Shown: positions 48,805 to 57,727 of the stretch, piece after piece | Layout of the letters: every line of letters starts with the position of its first letter | How positions within the stretch are numbered: the stretch's first letter is position 1 | Source of the DNA: Candidatus Magasanikiibacteriota bacterium | Lineage (GTDB): Bacteria; Patescibacteriota; Patescibacteriia; Magasanikbacterales; GWA2-37-8 | DNA length: 64,000 nt | Direction: 5' to 3' | Assembly (NCBI GenBank): GCA_016189025.1 | Contig: JACPGS010000018.1 | Coordinates: forward strand, 6,921-70,920 | The notes under the pieces: generated by a model | What the model saw: the letters and a program-made list of their open reading frames with translations, nothing else | Databases searched by the model: none | What the model was told of the DNA's origin: nothing | Program-made: the position numbers and the translations under genes

Positions 48805-48865
48805 AGAAACGAATCTGGCGAAAAAATTTTGTTATCAGGAGCAGGGAATTTTTAGCCTGAATAAT

Positions 48866-50374
48866 ATGGCCCAGGACTACACCATCTTCGTCCGCGATTT
48901 TCAGACCAGCCTGTTTCCGCAGTATATTTTAACGCACTTGTGGAACACCAGCGGCGTGGTGAATACCAAAGCGCAGATTGGCATGGCGAATCGGAACAAA
49001 GTGCTGGAGTACATTATTCCGCCGGGCGATTGGGAACATTTGCAAACGCAGGTACATGAGCGAACTGCCGCCGACCGAAATTTTATTCCCCAGGCCGTGC
49101 GCCAGGCGCGGGCGGCCGTAGATGCACTTAATGAGTATACAGAACAGCAAATAGCGCAGAAAGATTTGACCTGCGCCAGCAACGAAGAATTAGCCGAGAT
49201 TTACCGGCGCTATTTTGAGCTGAACATTCCCTGTTATGGTTACGGCAACATCATTTTTATTATTGAATTCGGCGAGCGCGCTTATTTTAGCAATCAAATC
49301 AAGCAGCTCTTGGCCGCGCGTGCGCCGGAACAGCCGGCAGCGTATTTTACTTTACTGACCACTCCGGCGGAACCGCACATTTTTCAGGAGCAAAGTTTGG
49401 CTCTGCTCCAGCTGGCCAGCGCCATTGAATTGCAAACCGAGATTAAAGATTGGTTTTTGGCAAACGCCGGCGCGGGCATTGAACATCAGCTATTAGCGAA
49501 ATATCCGGCAGTGCTTGAGCAGTTCCAAAAACATCGCGCTGCCTACTACTGGCTGTTTTACAGCTGGGAAGGCCCGGCGCTGACGGTGGGCGATTTTGTG
49601 ATGTTTGCCGTGGATATTTTACGGCGCGGGTCGGCCGGCGCGCAGTTAGCAGAAAAAAAGGCAGAACAGGCCACGCTCGGCACGCGTCAGGAAAAGATTA
49701 TGCAGGAGCTGCACTTTTCCGAAGAAGAGCGCTGGTGGGTAAAAATGGCGCAACTATGCGCCGCGTTCCAGCCCTATCGCAAAGCGCGGCAATTCAAATC
49801 CTGCAGCCACATGGAAAAGTATTTCCGGGAGGTAGCGCGGCGATTATATATCAGTCTGGATCAGGCGCGGTATCTTACTCATTACGAAGTTGCCGAGGCG
49901 CTACGCAAGGGCGAAGTAGACACTAACCTGCTAAACGAACGCCGCAAATTTTTTGTGTATATTTTTGATAATAACCAGCCGCGGTGTCTTACCGGTTCCC
50001 CAGCCGAAGCGTGGTATCAAGAACACGTGGCACAAGAGATGCATCAATTTTCCGGAGAACTACGCGGCACGGTCGCCTGCCCGGGCCGGGCCACGGGAAA
50101 AGTGCGGATGGTGAACAGTTACGAAGAAGGCCAACAGTTTCAGCCAGGTGAAATTTTAGTTTCATTTTCTACTAACCCCACCCTTCTGCCGGCGATGCGC
50201 CTGGCCGCGGCGATTATTACCGAAGAAGGCGGGCTCACCTGCCACGCGGCCATCGTCAGCCGCGAGCTCAACATCCCTTGCGTGGTGGGAATTAAGGGGA
50301 TTGTTTCCGGACTGCAAACTGGCGAAACAATAGAAGTGGATGCGATAAAAGGGTTAGTTAAAAAATTATCCTGA
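48866..50374 (+). CDS. Phosphohistidine swivel domain protein, paralogue 4
   Basis: GGLTCHAAIVSRE. Confidence 0.9.
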   Translation: MAQDYTIFVRDFQTSLFPQYILTHLWNTSGVVNTKAQIGMANRNKVLEYIIPPGDWEHLQTQVHERTAADRNFIPQAVRQARAAVDALNEYTEQQIAQKDLTCASNEELAEIYRRYFELNIPCYGYGNIIFIIEFGERAYFSNQIKQLLAARAPEQPAAYFTLLTTPAEPHIFQEQSLALLQLASAIELQTEIKDWFLANAGAGIEHQLLAKYPAVLEQFQKHRAAYYWLFYSWEGPALTVGDFVMFAVDILRRGSAGAQLAEKKAEQATLGTRQEKIMQELHFSEEERWWVKMAQLCAAFQPYRKARQFKSCSHMEKYFREVARRLYISLDQARYLTHYEVAEALRKGEVDTNLLNERRKFFVYIFDNNQPRCLTGSPAEAWYQEHVAQEMHQFSGELRGTVACPGRATGKVRMVNSYEEGQQFQPGEILVSFSTNPTLLPAMRLAAAIITEEGGLTCHAAIVSRELNIPCVVGIKGIVSGLQTGETIEVDAIKGLVKKLS

Positions 50375-50381
50375 TAACATT

Positions 50382-51947
50382 ATGGCGATGGCCAAGGCGC
50401 TACGGCGCGATCGCTGGATTGTCGGCAATGAAGAAGACGGCACTAATTTGTACGCGCTCGGTTTGTATACGCCGATGTTTATTGTTGATTTTCCCCGGCT
50501 GGCCCAAGCGCCGCCTTGCTATCACGTATTTGAATTCAAAGGCGGCCATATGCGCTGGCTGGTGCCGGAAAATCACTCGCTCGCAATCGCCCGGCTTTTG
50601 TTGGAGCGCGTCCTCCGGCGTCCTAATTATTTTGGCGAAATCAGGCAAAAATTGGCGCGCATTTGCCATCAGGCTTATGCTTTTGGCAGGCAAGTTTTGC
50701 GGCTGAAAGTAGGAACTATCAGCGACGCCAGGTTATTATCACTACTGATGCGTTTTCAAAAATTGCAACGCACCATTATCGCCTATGGCATGATTTCTAC
50801 TTTAGTTGAAATACCCCACAGCCAGTTTGTTAAGCACCTGGAGAATTTTCTGGCTGATCACGTCAGCAAAATTAGCGCGCCGCCTGGCGCCCCTGAATAT
50901 TTTAGTATTCTTTCGGCGATTCCCGAAGAGAGTAGGCAGCGCCAGGAAGCCAAAAGTTTGCTGCGGTTATTGCAGACGGTGAAAAAATCTAAAAAATTAT
51001 TTAACGCCGTCGCCTCACTTAAACCAGGGGAGGGTAGCAAAAAATTTTTACGGCCTCCAGGCGATCCGGCAATGTTATCCTTTTATCGGCAGCTCAATTA
51101 TCATGTCAAAGAATTCTGCTGGGCGTATTATGGCTACGAAGGACCGGCGTACGGTATTGACCGCCCCCTTTCCGAGCTTGCCCAACTGCTCTCCGATAAA
51201 GTAGACCCGGCGGCGGAGCTAAAGCGTTTAGCCCGGGAGCGGGCGCAAATCAGGCCGGCGACCAAAATAGCCGAGCGTACCCTGAAGCTATCGGCTTACG
51301 AGCGCGCCTTATTCCAGGCCCTGCGCGATACGGTGTTTATGAAGCTTTATCGCAAAGACGCCATGACTTTTGGGTTTTATTCCGCCGAGTCATTGCTTAA
51401 AGAATTGGCGCGCCGGGCCGGCATTGCTTTAGCCGCCGCTAAATGTTTGGCGCCGGGCGAATATGCGCGGGCATTGAGGCAGGACAAAAAATTGATTGCC
51501 GAACTCTATCGGCGGATTCCGTATGCCGTATATGCGGCGGATTCTCTTAAACCGCGGGTATTATCCGGTAGTCGCGCCCGCCGGTTTATTAAAAGTATTT
51601 ACCGCGAGGAAGCGGTCGGCGATGTCCGCGAGCTCAAAGGCCAGGTGGCCTGTTTAGGGCACGCTACCGGCGCGGTAAAAATTATCAACGTCGCGGCGGA
51701 AATGGGCAAAATGAATAAGGGCGATATTTTAGTGTCCATCGCCACGATTCCCGATATTGTGCCGGCGATGAAAAAGGCGGCCGCGATTGTTACCGAGCAG
51801 GGCGGCATTACCTCTCACGCCGCCATCGTCAGCCGCGAACTCGGCGTCCCCTGCGTCATCGGCACCAAAATAGCCACCAAAGTATTTAAGGACGGGGATT
51901 TGGTAGAGGTGGATGCCATTGAGGGAATTGTGTACAAGCTCAAGTGA
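50382..51947 (+). CDS. Phosphohistidine swivel domain protein, paralogue 5
   Basis: GGITSHAAIVSRE. Confidence 0.9.
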   Translation: MAMAKALRRDRWIVGNEEDGTNLYALGLYTPMFIVDFPRLAQAPPCYHVFEFKGGHMRWLVPENHSLAIARLLLERVLRRPNYFGEIRQKLARICHQAYAFGRQVLRLKVGTISDARLLSLLMRFQKLQRTIIAYGMISTLVEIPHSQFVKHLENFLADHVSKISAPPGAPEYFSILSAIPEESRQRQEAKSLLRLLQTVKKSKKLFNAVASLKPGEGSKKFLRPPGDPAMLSFYRQLNYHVKEFCWAYYGYEGPAYGIDRPLSELAQLLSDKVDPAAELKRLARERAQIRPATKIAERTLKLSAYERALFQALRDTVFMKLYRKDAMTFGFYSAESLLKELARRAGIALAAAKCLAPGEYARALRQDKKLIAELYRRIPYAVYAADSLKPRVLSGSRARRFIKSIYREEAVGDVRELKGQVACLGHATGAVKIINVAAEMGKMNKGDILVSIATIPDIVPAMKKAAAIVTEQGGITSHAAIVSRELGVPCVIGTKIATKVFKDGDLVEVDAIEGIVYKLK

Positions 51948-52360
51948 TTTGTGTTATGGAAAAAGCAGAGATGTGGTTAACTCGTTTTATTGCTTGGGCG
52001 AGAATTAAAACCAAAATTCATCTTGCCGAACGGGAAATATATTTTCGTGAGGGAGAAATTTGGTGGACTAGCTTAGGCGTGAACATTGGCCATGAGCAAG
52101 ATGGGAAGAATGAATATTTTGAACGGCCGGTATTGATTTTAAAGAAGTTTGGCAGGTATACTTTATGGGCTGTTCCTTTGTCGAGCCGCCTTAAGTATAG
52201 TCCTTATTATTTTCAATATACTTACCATGGGAGAAATTATTCTGCTTTACTTACCCAATTACGGTTGATTAGTAGTAAAAGGTTATTGAGAAAGGTTGGA
52301 GTGATTGATGTTATGGTATTTCGGGCTATTAAAGAAAAGATAAAAAAATTATTACAATAA
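51944..52360 (+). CDS. PemK/MazF-fold toxin-like protein
   Basis: GEIWW..LG.NIG.EQ.G...RPV.I..K, VPLS and Q.R.IS.KRL motifs; very AT-rich. Confidence 0.85.
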   Translation: MICVMEKAEMWLTRFIAWARIKTKIHLAEREIYFREGEIWWTSLGVNIGHEQDGKNEYFERPVLILKKFGRYTLWAVPLSSRLKYSPYYFQYTYHGRNYSALLTQLRLISSKRLLRKVGVIDVMVFRAIKEKIKKLLQ

Positions 52361-52452
52361 AAAACGATTCCCGCTCTTCTAGAGTGGGAATCTCGGAGCT
52401 TCTCTCGTAAAAGAGAAGCCATTTGACAGAAGCAGCTTACGCCACTTCGCCA
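52357..52452 (-). ncRNA. Candidate small RNA convergent on the toxin gene
   Basis: Minus-strand TTGACA-16-TAATAT with extended -10 TG at about 52455-52483, two hairpins (52366-52392, 52398-52419) and a U-tract. Confidence 0.45.
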
Positions 52453-52540
52453 GGTATATTACCAAAGTAAAAATATTTGTCAAGTAAACTATCCACATAG
52501 TCCAATCAAGGAATCTAAACTATAGTTTATAGTTCCTACT

Positions 52541-52822
52541 ATGGCACTGGGGCAGCTGACGTTAGCGGTATACGGCGACGTGCAGGGCGTGGGGTTCCGC
52601 TGGTTTGTGCAAGAGCAGGCGGTTAAGCTCGGTCTAGTCGGCTGGGTACGCAATAATCCGGATGGTACGGTCGGCGTCGTTGCCCAAGGAGTCGAGGAAA
52701 AGTTGCGTGAATTTTTGGCGCTCTGCCGCCACGGCCCGGGTTTTGCCCGCGTGCGCGAGGCGGTGGAAGAGTGGCAGGAAATTCCTAAACTGGACTTTGT
52801 CGATTTTGAGATTAAGTTTTGA
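52541..52822 (+). CDS. acyP: Acylphosphatase
   Basis: G.VQGVGFR, GWVRN..DGTV, GP..A.V and F.I motifs. Confidence 0.93.
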   Translation: MALGQLTLAVYGDVQGVGFRWFVQEQAVKLGLVGWVRNNPDGTVGVVAQGVEEKLREFLALCRHGPGFARVREAVEEWQEIPKLDFVDFEIKF

Positions 52823-52834
52823 TAGTGTTGCCAT

Positions 52835-54370
52835 ATGAATCAGCGACAGTTTAAGAAATATTTGGGCGAGGCAGAGGCGCTGCATAGTGAATTCGGGGTA
52901 ACACCGCTGACGATTACACTAATTCAGCACGGTTTTCATCATCCTTTGTTAAAGAAGTATTTGCGTGAATGGTATTTGCCGACGTCGGTAGTTGAATGTA
53001 TCGGCGATAAAATTAATTGGTTTATTAGTGCCGATTTTTTGCGTGCCCAGGAACATTTTGTCGTTGATACCATCAAAAGAGATCGTTCTCTGGTAAAAAC
53101 CGTCATCCGCGAGTCAAGACGACAAGGGAAGGCCATTGATTTAATTGTTCGTAAGATTGACACAGCGTCCAGCAAGGGAGTTACTGCTAAGCGAGCTGCC
53201 CTCTTATTGATCAAGTTATTTGCGGCCATGGAGCAGCTTTGTGCGTATGGTTTTATTGCAGTTTTAAGTGATTTATATTATTTTACTTTCACTCGCGAAC
53301 TAACTACGCTAATAGAACAATATGCCGCTTCGCAAGGATCAGCGCAACCCGTCAAAGAATACGTGAGCATCTTGATAACTCCTACTGTAAAGACCGTTAC
53401 CTGGAAATATAAGCAGGCCTTGTTTCAATTAGCACTGAAGATAGCAAGATTAGGGATAACCCGTCCCGCTAATCCGCCCAAATTAATTATCAGTAACAAA
53501 ATATTGTTAAAGCAAGCTCAACAAATCGTTCGTGAATTTTATGCCGTAAATTATGGTCATCGCGGTCCGGCACTGACTCTTAAAGCAATAATTTCTGAAG
53601 TCGCCGATCTCGTTAGCAAAAATAAAGTGCATCGCGCCTATCGCGCCTTTATATCCGAACATACCGCTATCCGAGCCAAACAATGTCGTTATATTCGCCG
53701 GTTAAAACTTAGCAAACAAGCGGTATATTTACTAGAAGCTGCCAAACAGTTTATCTATATTAAAGGATTTCGTTTAGAAAAACTTTATCAATCCTATGCC
53801 GCCATTGATCGGTTATTGTCTCAAGTGACTGATCATAAAATATCGTTAGATAATCTTAAACGTTGTTCTAAGTTTGAAGTACTGCGCTTCTTAAAAGATG
53901 GCAAGCTGCCGACAGCCCGCGAGTTAACCAGACGTACAAGACACTTGACGTATACGGCTTGGCAACATACCAAAGCCAAAATTCGCACTGGCGCCGCCGC
54001 TGGTCGTTATCTTCAGACTTTCGTCGCTAAAACCAAAGATAATAAAGTACGTTTTTCCGTTCACGGTAACATTGCCTGCGCGGGACGAGCGACCGGCACG
54101 GCAAAAATTGTCCAAAGCGGCAAAGATATGCAAAAAGTACGTGAGGGAGATATTTTAGTGGCGGTGCAAACTATTCCTGAATTGCTACCGGCGATGAAAA
54201 AAGCCGCTGCTTTTGTTACTGATATTGGAGGCATCACCTCCCACGCAGCAATCGTTAGTCGCGAAATGGGCAAGCCCTGTGTAATTGGCACGCGAGTGGC
54301 TACCCAGGTGTTTAAAGACGGAGATTTAGTGGAAGTAGATGCCATTAAAGGTATCGTGCAAAAGATATAG
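52835..54370 (+). CDS. Phosphohistidine swivel domain protein, paralogue 6
   Basis: GGITSHAAIVSRE; AT-richer N-terminal coding region. Confidence 0.9.
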   Translation: MNQRQFKKYLGEAEALHSEFGVTPLTITLIQHGFHHPLLKKYLREWYLPTSVVECIGDKINWFISADFLRAQEHFVVDTIKRDRSLVKTVIRESRRQGKAIDLIVRKIDTASSKGVTAKRAALLLIKLFAAMEQLCAYGFIAVLSDLYYFTFTRELTTLIEQYAASQGSAQPVKEYVSILITPTVKTVTWKYKQALFQLALKIARLGITRPANPPKLIISNKILLKQAQQIVREFYAVNYGHRGPALTLKAIISEVADLVSKNKVHRAYRAFISEHTAIRAKQCRYIRRLKLSKQAVYLLEAAKQFIYIKGFRLEKLYQSYAAIDRLLSQVTDHKISLDNLKRCSKFEVLRFLKDGKLPTARELTRRTRHLTYTAWQHTKAKIRTGAAAGRYLQTFVAKTKDNKVRFSVHGNIACAGRATGTAKIVQSGKDMQKVREGDILVAVQTIPELLPAMKKAAAFVTDIGGITSHAAIVSREMGKPCVIGTRVATQVFKDGDLVEVDAIKGIVQKI

Positions 54371-54377
54371 ATTTTCT

Positions 54378-54998
54378 ATGATTGCCAAAAAAAATATTAA
54401 ATTCATTATCTTTGACGCCTACGGCGTCTGCCTTACCGGCGGGTATCCGGATACCTGCCGGTATCTGGCCAAAAAGTTTAACCGCGATTGGCAAGATATT
54501 TACGCTGTCCTTTATACCAAATATTTCAATCAGGCCGCTACTAAGCAAATCACCCAACAGGCGGCCTGGGCCAAGGCGCTTAAAGAGCTTAATTTTCCCT
54601 TAACAGTGGCCGCGGTTAAGCGGATTCATTATCGTCTGATGGGTTTGAATTGGCCGGTACTGAAAATTGTGCAAAAAATAAGCGAAAAAGTTCCTGTTCT
54701 GTTGTTAAGCAAAAATACGCGGAGCCAATTCAAAGACATTAATAATAAATTTCCCCGGTTGAGGCAAATTTTTGGCCAGCACATTATTAATACCTGGGAG
54801 TATAACCTGCCTAAAGCCAGCCCGGAAACGCTAGCGATGATTTTTAAGCGATATCATATTACCGACCCGGCCACGGTAGTGAGCATTGATGACCAAGACA
54901 ATAATTTAGTGGCGGCGCGGGAATTGGGCGTTAATGCTATTTTGTATAGAAATTTTGGTCAATTCAAGCGCGAGCTTGCTCGGCTGATTAACATTTAG
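54378..54998 (+). CDS. HAD-superfamily hydrolase (phosphatase)
   Basis: IIFDAYGV motif I, LLS, K and IDD...N..AA..LG; ATG at 54378. Confidence 0.82.
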   Translation: MIAKKNIKFIIFDAYGVCLTGGYPDTCRYLAKKFNRDWQDIYAVLYTKYFNQAATKQITQQAAWAKALKELNFPLTVAAVKRIHYRLMGLNWPVLKIVQKISEKVPVLLLSKNTRSQFKDINNKFPRLRQIFGQHIINTWEYNLPKASPETLAMIFKRYHITDPATVVSIDDQDNNLVAARELGVNAILYRNFGQFKRELARLINI

Positions 54999-55002
54999 AG
55001 CT

Positions 55003-56529
55003 ATGCGCCAGAAATATCATCAGGGTGCATGGTCGCTCTTGTCGCAGCGCCAGCGAATGAGCCCGTTTCCCAATTACTTGTCCATGGAAGCGGTGTGCCG
55101 CGAGATGAAGCAGTTCGTCGGTATCGCGTTGCGCGACGTTATTTTATTTTTCCAGGGCAATATCATGTTTGCTTTTCAGCCTTTGCTGTCGCACCAGCGC
55201 GCGGCGCGCTTGATTGCCGACCGCGTGCAAAAAAATCCGCGCCTGTATGCTGGTTTGATTAAAAAACAACATGGCTACGGAAAAAATTTAGTAAACTTTG
55301 CCCGGCAGGCGGCGCGCCAGACTAGGCGGGGCAAGGCTTCTCCCCAGCAATTATGCGATTGGTTTACCGGCTACGCCCAGCGATATAAATTAGTTTATGC
55401 CTCGTACGGGTCGGTTTGGACAATGGAAGACGAGCTAGTCGGAGATCTTTATGCGCTGGTGGAAAAGCGAATAAAAGATCCGCTTGAGGCCAGCAATATC
55501 TTAAATACGCTCACCAAACAGCCGCTGGCGATGGTGGTCACCCGCGAACGCCAGGCATTATTGAAAATGGCAATGAGCATTGCTTTACATCAGGAATGGC
55601 AGCAGGCGGTGAGGGCCGGCGAGTGGTCAGGGATTAAAAAGTATCAGCCGCTCCTCCGACTGATTACCGCGCACCAGAAAAAATTTTACTGGATCACCCG
55701 CGATTATGAAGATCCAATTTTGACTAATGAAAAAATTATTGAGCGGCTGCGGCAGGTATTGGCAGGTGATGTTGCCCAAGAATATCGTCAATTAACAGAT
55801 GCTTTAGCCAATGACCTCGCGGCGAGAAAGCGCTATGAAAAAGAACTACGGCTCACGGCGGCAGAACGCCAACTCTTTGCCGCGATGCGCGATGCCGCCC
55901 ATCTTAAAGAGCTGCGCAAACAATATGTTTCATCATCGCTTTATCATTTTGATTCAGTACTGGCCGAGATCGGGAAACATTTGTATTTAAGCATCAAGCA
56001 AGTGCGCTTTATGCATACCGCAGATGTCGCCGCGGCCCTGCTTAAAGGTCGGGATTTAACCCGGGCGCTTAACGAGCGGATGAAACTATCAATGTGGCAT
56101 ACGGTGGATGGCCGCGATACCAAAGTCAGTGTCGGCCCGGAGGCCGCGGCAATGTTTGCCCGGTTTTGTACGGTGGATAAGAATACCAGAGAATTTACCG
56201 GCATGCCGGTTTCCCCTGGGTTGGCGCGCGGCCCTGCTAGGTTGGTGATGAATCCGGACGAGTGCGACAAGGTTCAGAAAGGTGATATTATTGTGAGCAT
56301 TCAGGTGGTGCCGAGTTTTTCCACCGCTATTATCAAATCCGCCGGCATGGTCTGCGACGGCGGGCACGGCATCACTTCGCACCCGGCCACCCTGGCCCGC
56401 GAAGCCAAAATACCCTGCGTTATCCAAACCCGCTTTGCGCGGGAGGTAGTGAAAGATGGTGATATTCTGGAGGTAGATGGGTATCAGGGTGTGGTACGAA
56501 TTATTGACAAAAAGGATGCCGGGAGATGA
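55003..56529 (+). CDS. Phosphohistidine swivel domain protein, paralogue 7 (variant His loop)
   Basis: DGGHGITSHPATLARE, IPCV and DGD.LEVDG. Confidence 0.88.
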   Translation: MRQKYHQGAWSLLSQRQRMSPFPNYLSMEAVCREMKQFVGIALRDVILFFQGNIMFAFQPLLSHQRAARLIADRVQKNPRLYAGLIKKQHGYGKNLVNFARQAARQTRRGKASPQQLCDWFTGYAQRYKLVYASYGSVWTMEDELVGDLYALVEKRIKDPLEASNILNTLTKQPLAMVVTRERQALLKMAMSIALHQEWQQAVRAGEWSGIKKYQPLLRLITAHQKKFYWITRDYEDPILTNEKIIERLRQVLAGDVAQEYRQLTDALANDLAARKRYEKELRLTAAERQLFAAMRDAAHLKELRKQYVSSSLYHFDSVLAEIGKHLYLSIKQVRFMHTADVAAALLKGRDLTRALNERMKLSMWHTVDGRDTKVSVGPEAAAMFARFCTVDKNTREFTGMPVSPGLARGPARLVMNPDECDKVQKGDIIVSIQVVPSFSTAIIKSAGMVCDGGHGITSHPATLAREAKIPCVIQTRFAREVVKDGDILEVDGYQGVVRIIDKKDAGR

Positions 56530-56545
56530 TTAATTATTGTGAATT

Positions 56546-56580
56546 AAAAAATCCGTTTGCCTAGACAAACGGATTTTTTA
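56546..56580. terminator. Bidirectional intrinsic terminator closing the paralogue array
   Basis: AAAAAATCCGTTTG-CCTAGA-CAAACGGATTTTTT. Confidence 0.82.
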
Positions 56581-56708
56581 GTCATCTCACAATTCTTCAG
56601 AGAATAATCGTAAGACGAACCGGGCGACGTGATGACAGTACATTGTCATCACGCCGCCCGAGCTCTGGGGATGAGTTGCCCCGGGCGGGGCAGAGGAGGG
56701 GAGGGGGG

Positions 56709-57389
56709 CTACTTGGTGGGGGTGGGGAAGGTTGCCGGCGGCGTGAACTTCTGGACGCTGATGACGTTGCCACCGTCATCCAGAAAGAACAGGAAGGCCT
56801 GGCACTCCTCCAGGCCGAGGAGCTCCGGCTTGGCGCCCACCTGCGCCGCGTACAGGCTGATCGCCGGCTCGTGGTCGAAGGTGATCACCAGTCTGCCCTC
56901 CGGGAATGCGTTGCGGACGAAGTCCGTGGCGTTCGCGAGCGCCCGGGCAACCGGCTGCGGGCCGAAGAGGCTGGGGTCGGCCGCGAGTCGCCGGAGCATG
57001 TCGCTGACCGACAGGCCCTCGGCCTTCCAGTGGGCGTGCAAGTTGGGGTGCTTGCTGCCCGCAGGAGCGGGCGCTTTCTTGACGCTCGCGTCGAGGTTGA
57101 GGCGCGAATCACGGACGATCTGCTCCGCGTTGGTCACGAGGAAAGTCGTGAGGAGCGACCGCGGGTACTCGCTGCACGCGTACATGCACTGGTGGCCGAA
57201 CTGGCGCATGAGCGACCCACCGATGAGTACCGCGTACTCATTGCGCACCGCGACGCACAGCGCGGCACCGCTGCTCGTCAGCGTCCGCGTCTCGTTCGGC
57301 CCGTCCTGGACCGAATGCGAGTGGCGGCCGCGCACCACGCAGCGAACCGCGTCTTCGGGGATCTGGATTTCGGAAGCCTTGGTCGCCAT
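56709..57389 (-). CDS. Hypothetical protein (GC-rich orphan)
   Basis: AAGGAGG SD before ATG at 57389; strong G/C third-position bias. Confidence 0.65.
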   Translation of the reverse strand: MATKASEIQIPEDAVRCVVRGRHSHSVQDGPNETRTLTSSGAALCVAVRNEYAVLIGGSLMRQFGHQCMYACSEYPRSLLTTFLVTNAEQIVRDSRLNLDASVKKAPAPAGSKHPNLHAHWKAEGLSVSDMLRRLAADPSLFGPQPVARALANATDFVRNAFPEGRLVITFDHEPAISLYAAQVGAKPELLGLEECQAFLFFLDDGGNVISVQKFTPPATFPTPTK

Positions 57390-57618
57390 GGCGACCCTCC
57401 TTTTTTGTGGTTTCCCGGCCATTTGTGCCTGCTGCCGAATCATTTCGGTTCAGGTGTGCCTTGGCCAAAGGCGAATAGGTTCTCAAGAGAAATTACTATC
57501 TCCCCTGGGAACCTACCGCCTTTGACTTATGGTAGCCCTTGATTGTAAAAGTACTCATCCGTTATGACTCTAGGATAGCAGCGCGTTAAGCACTGCTTTT
57601 TCATCATCATAACGTCAT

Positions 57619-57664
57619 ATAATAGCACATTTTCTTGCTTTTGTCAAGAGGGTGTGCTATAGTA
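57619..57664. promoter_or_regulatory. Overlapping divergent sigma-70-type promoters
   Basis: Minus strand TTGACA-17-TATTAT; plus strand TTGCTT-17-TATAGT. Confidence 0.65.
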
Positions 57665-57727
57665 TTTTGGCTAATTTCAGCAAAAATTTTATTCAATAAA
57701 ATGGCTTAAACTAGCCAAAATTTTTAT

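Noticed and set aside
47281-51947. Diversity-generating retroelement TR/VR pair among the similar 3' ends
   Set aside because: Differences are mostly synonymous and not adenine-specific, and no reverse transcriptase is present
44752-56529. Integron cassette array as the explanation for the tandem genes
   Set aside because: Most intergenic gaps are 3-12 nt, leaving no room for attC sites, and no integrase is present
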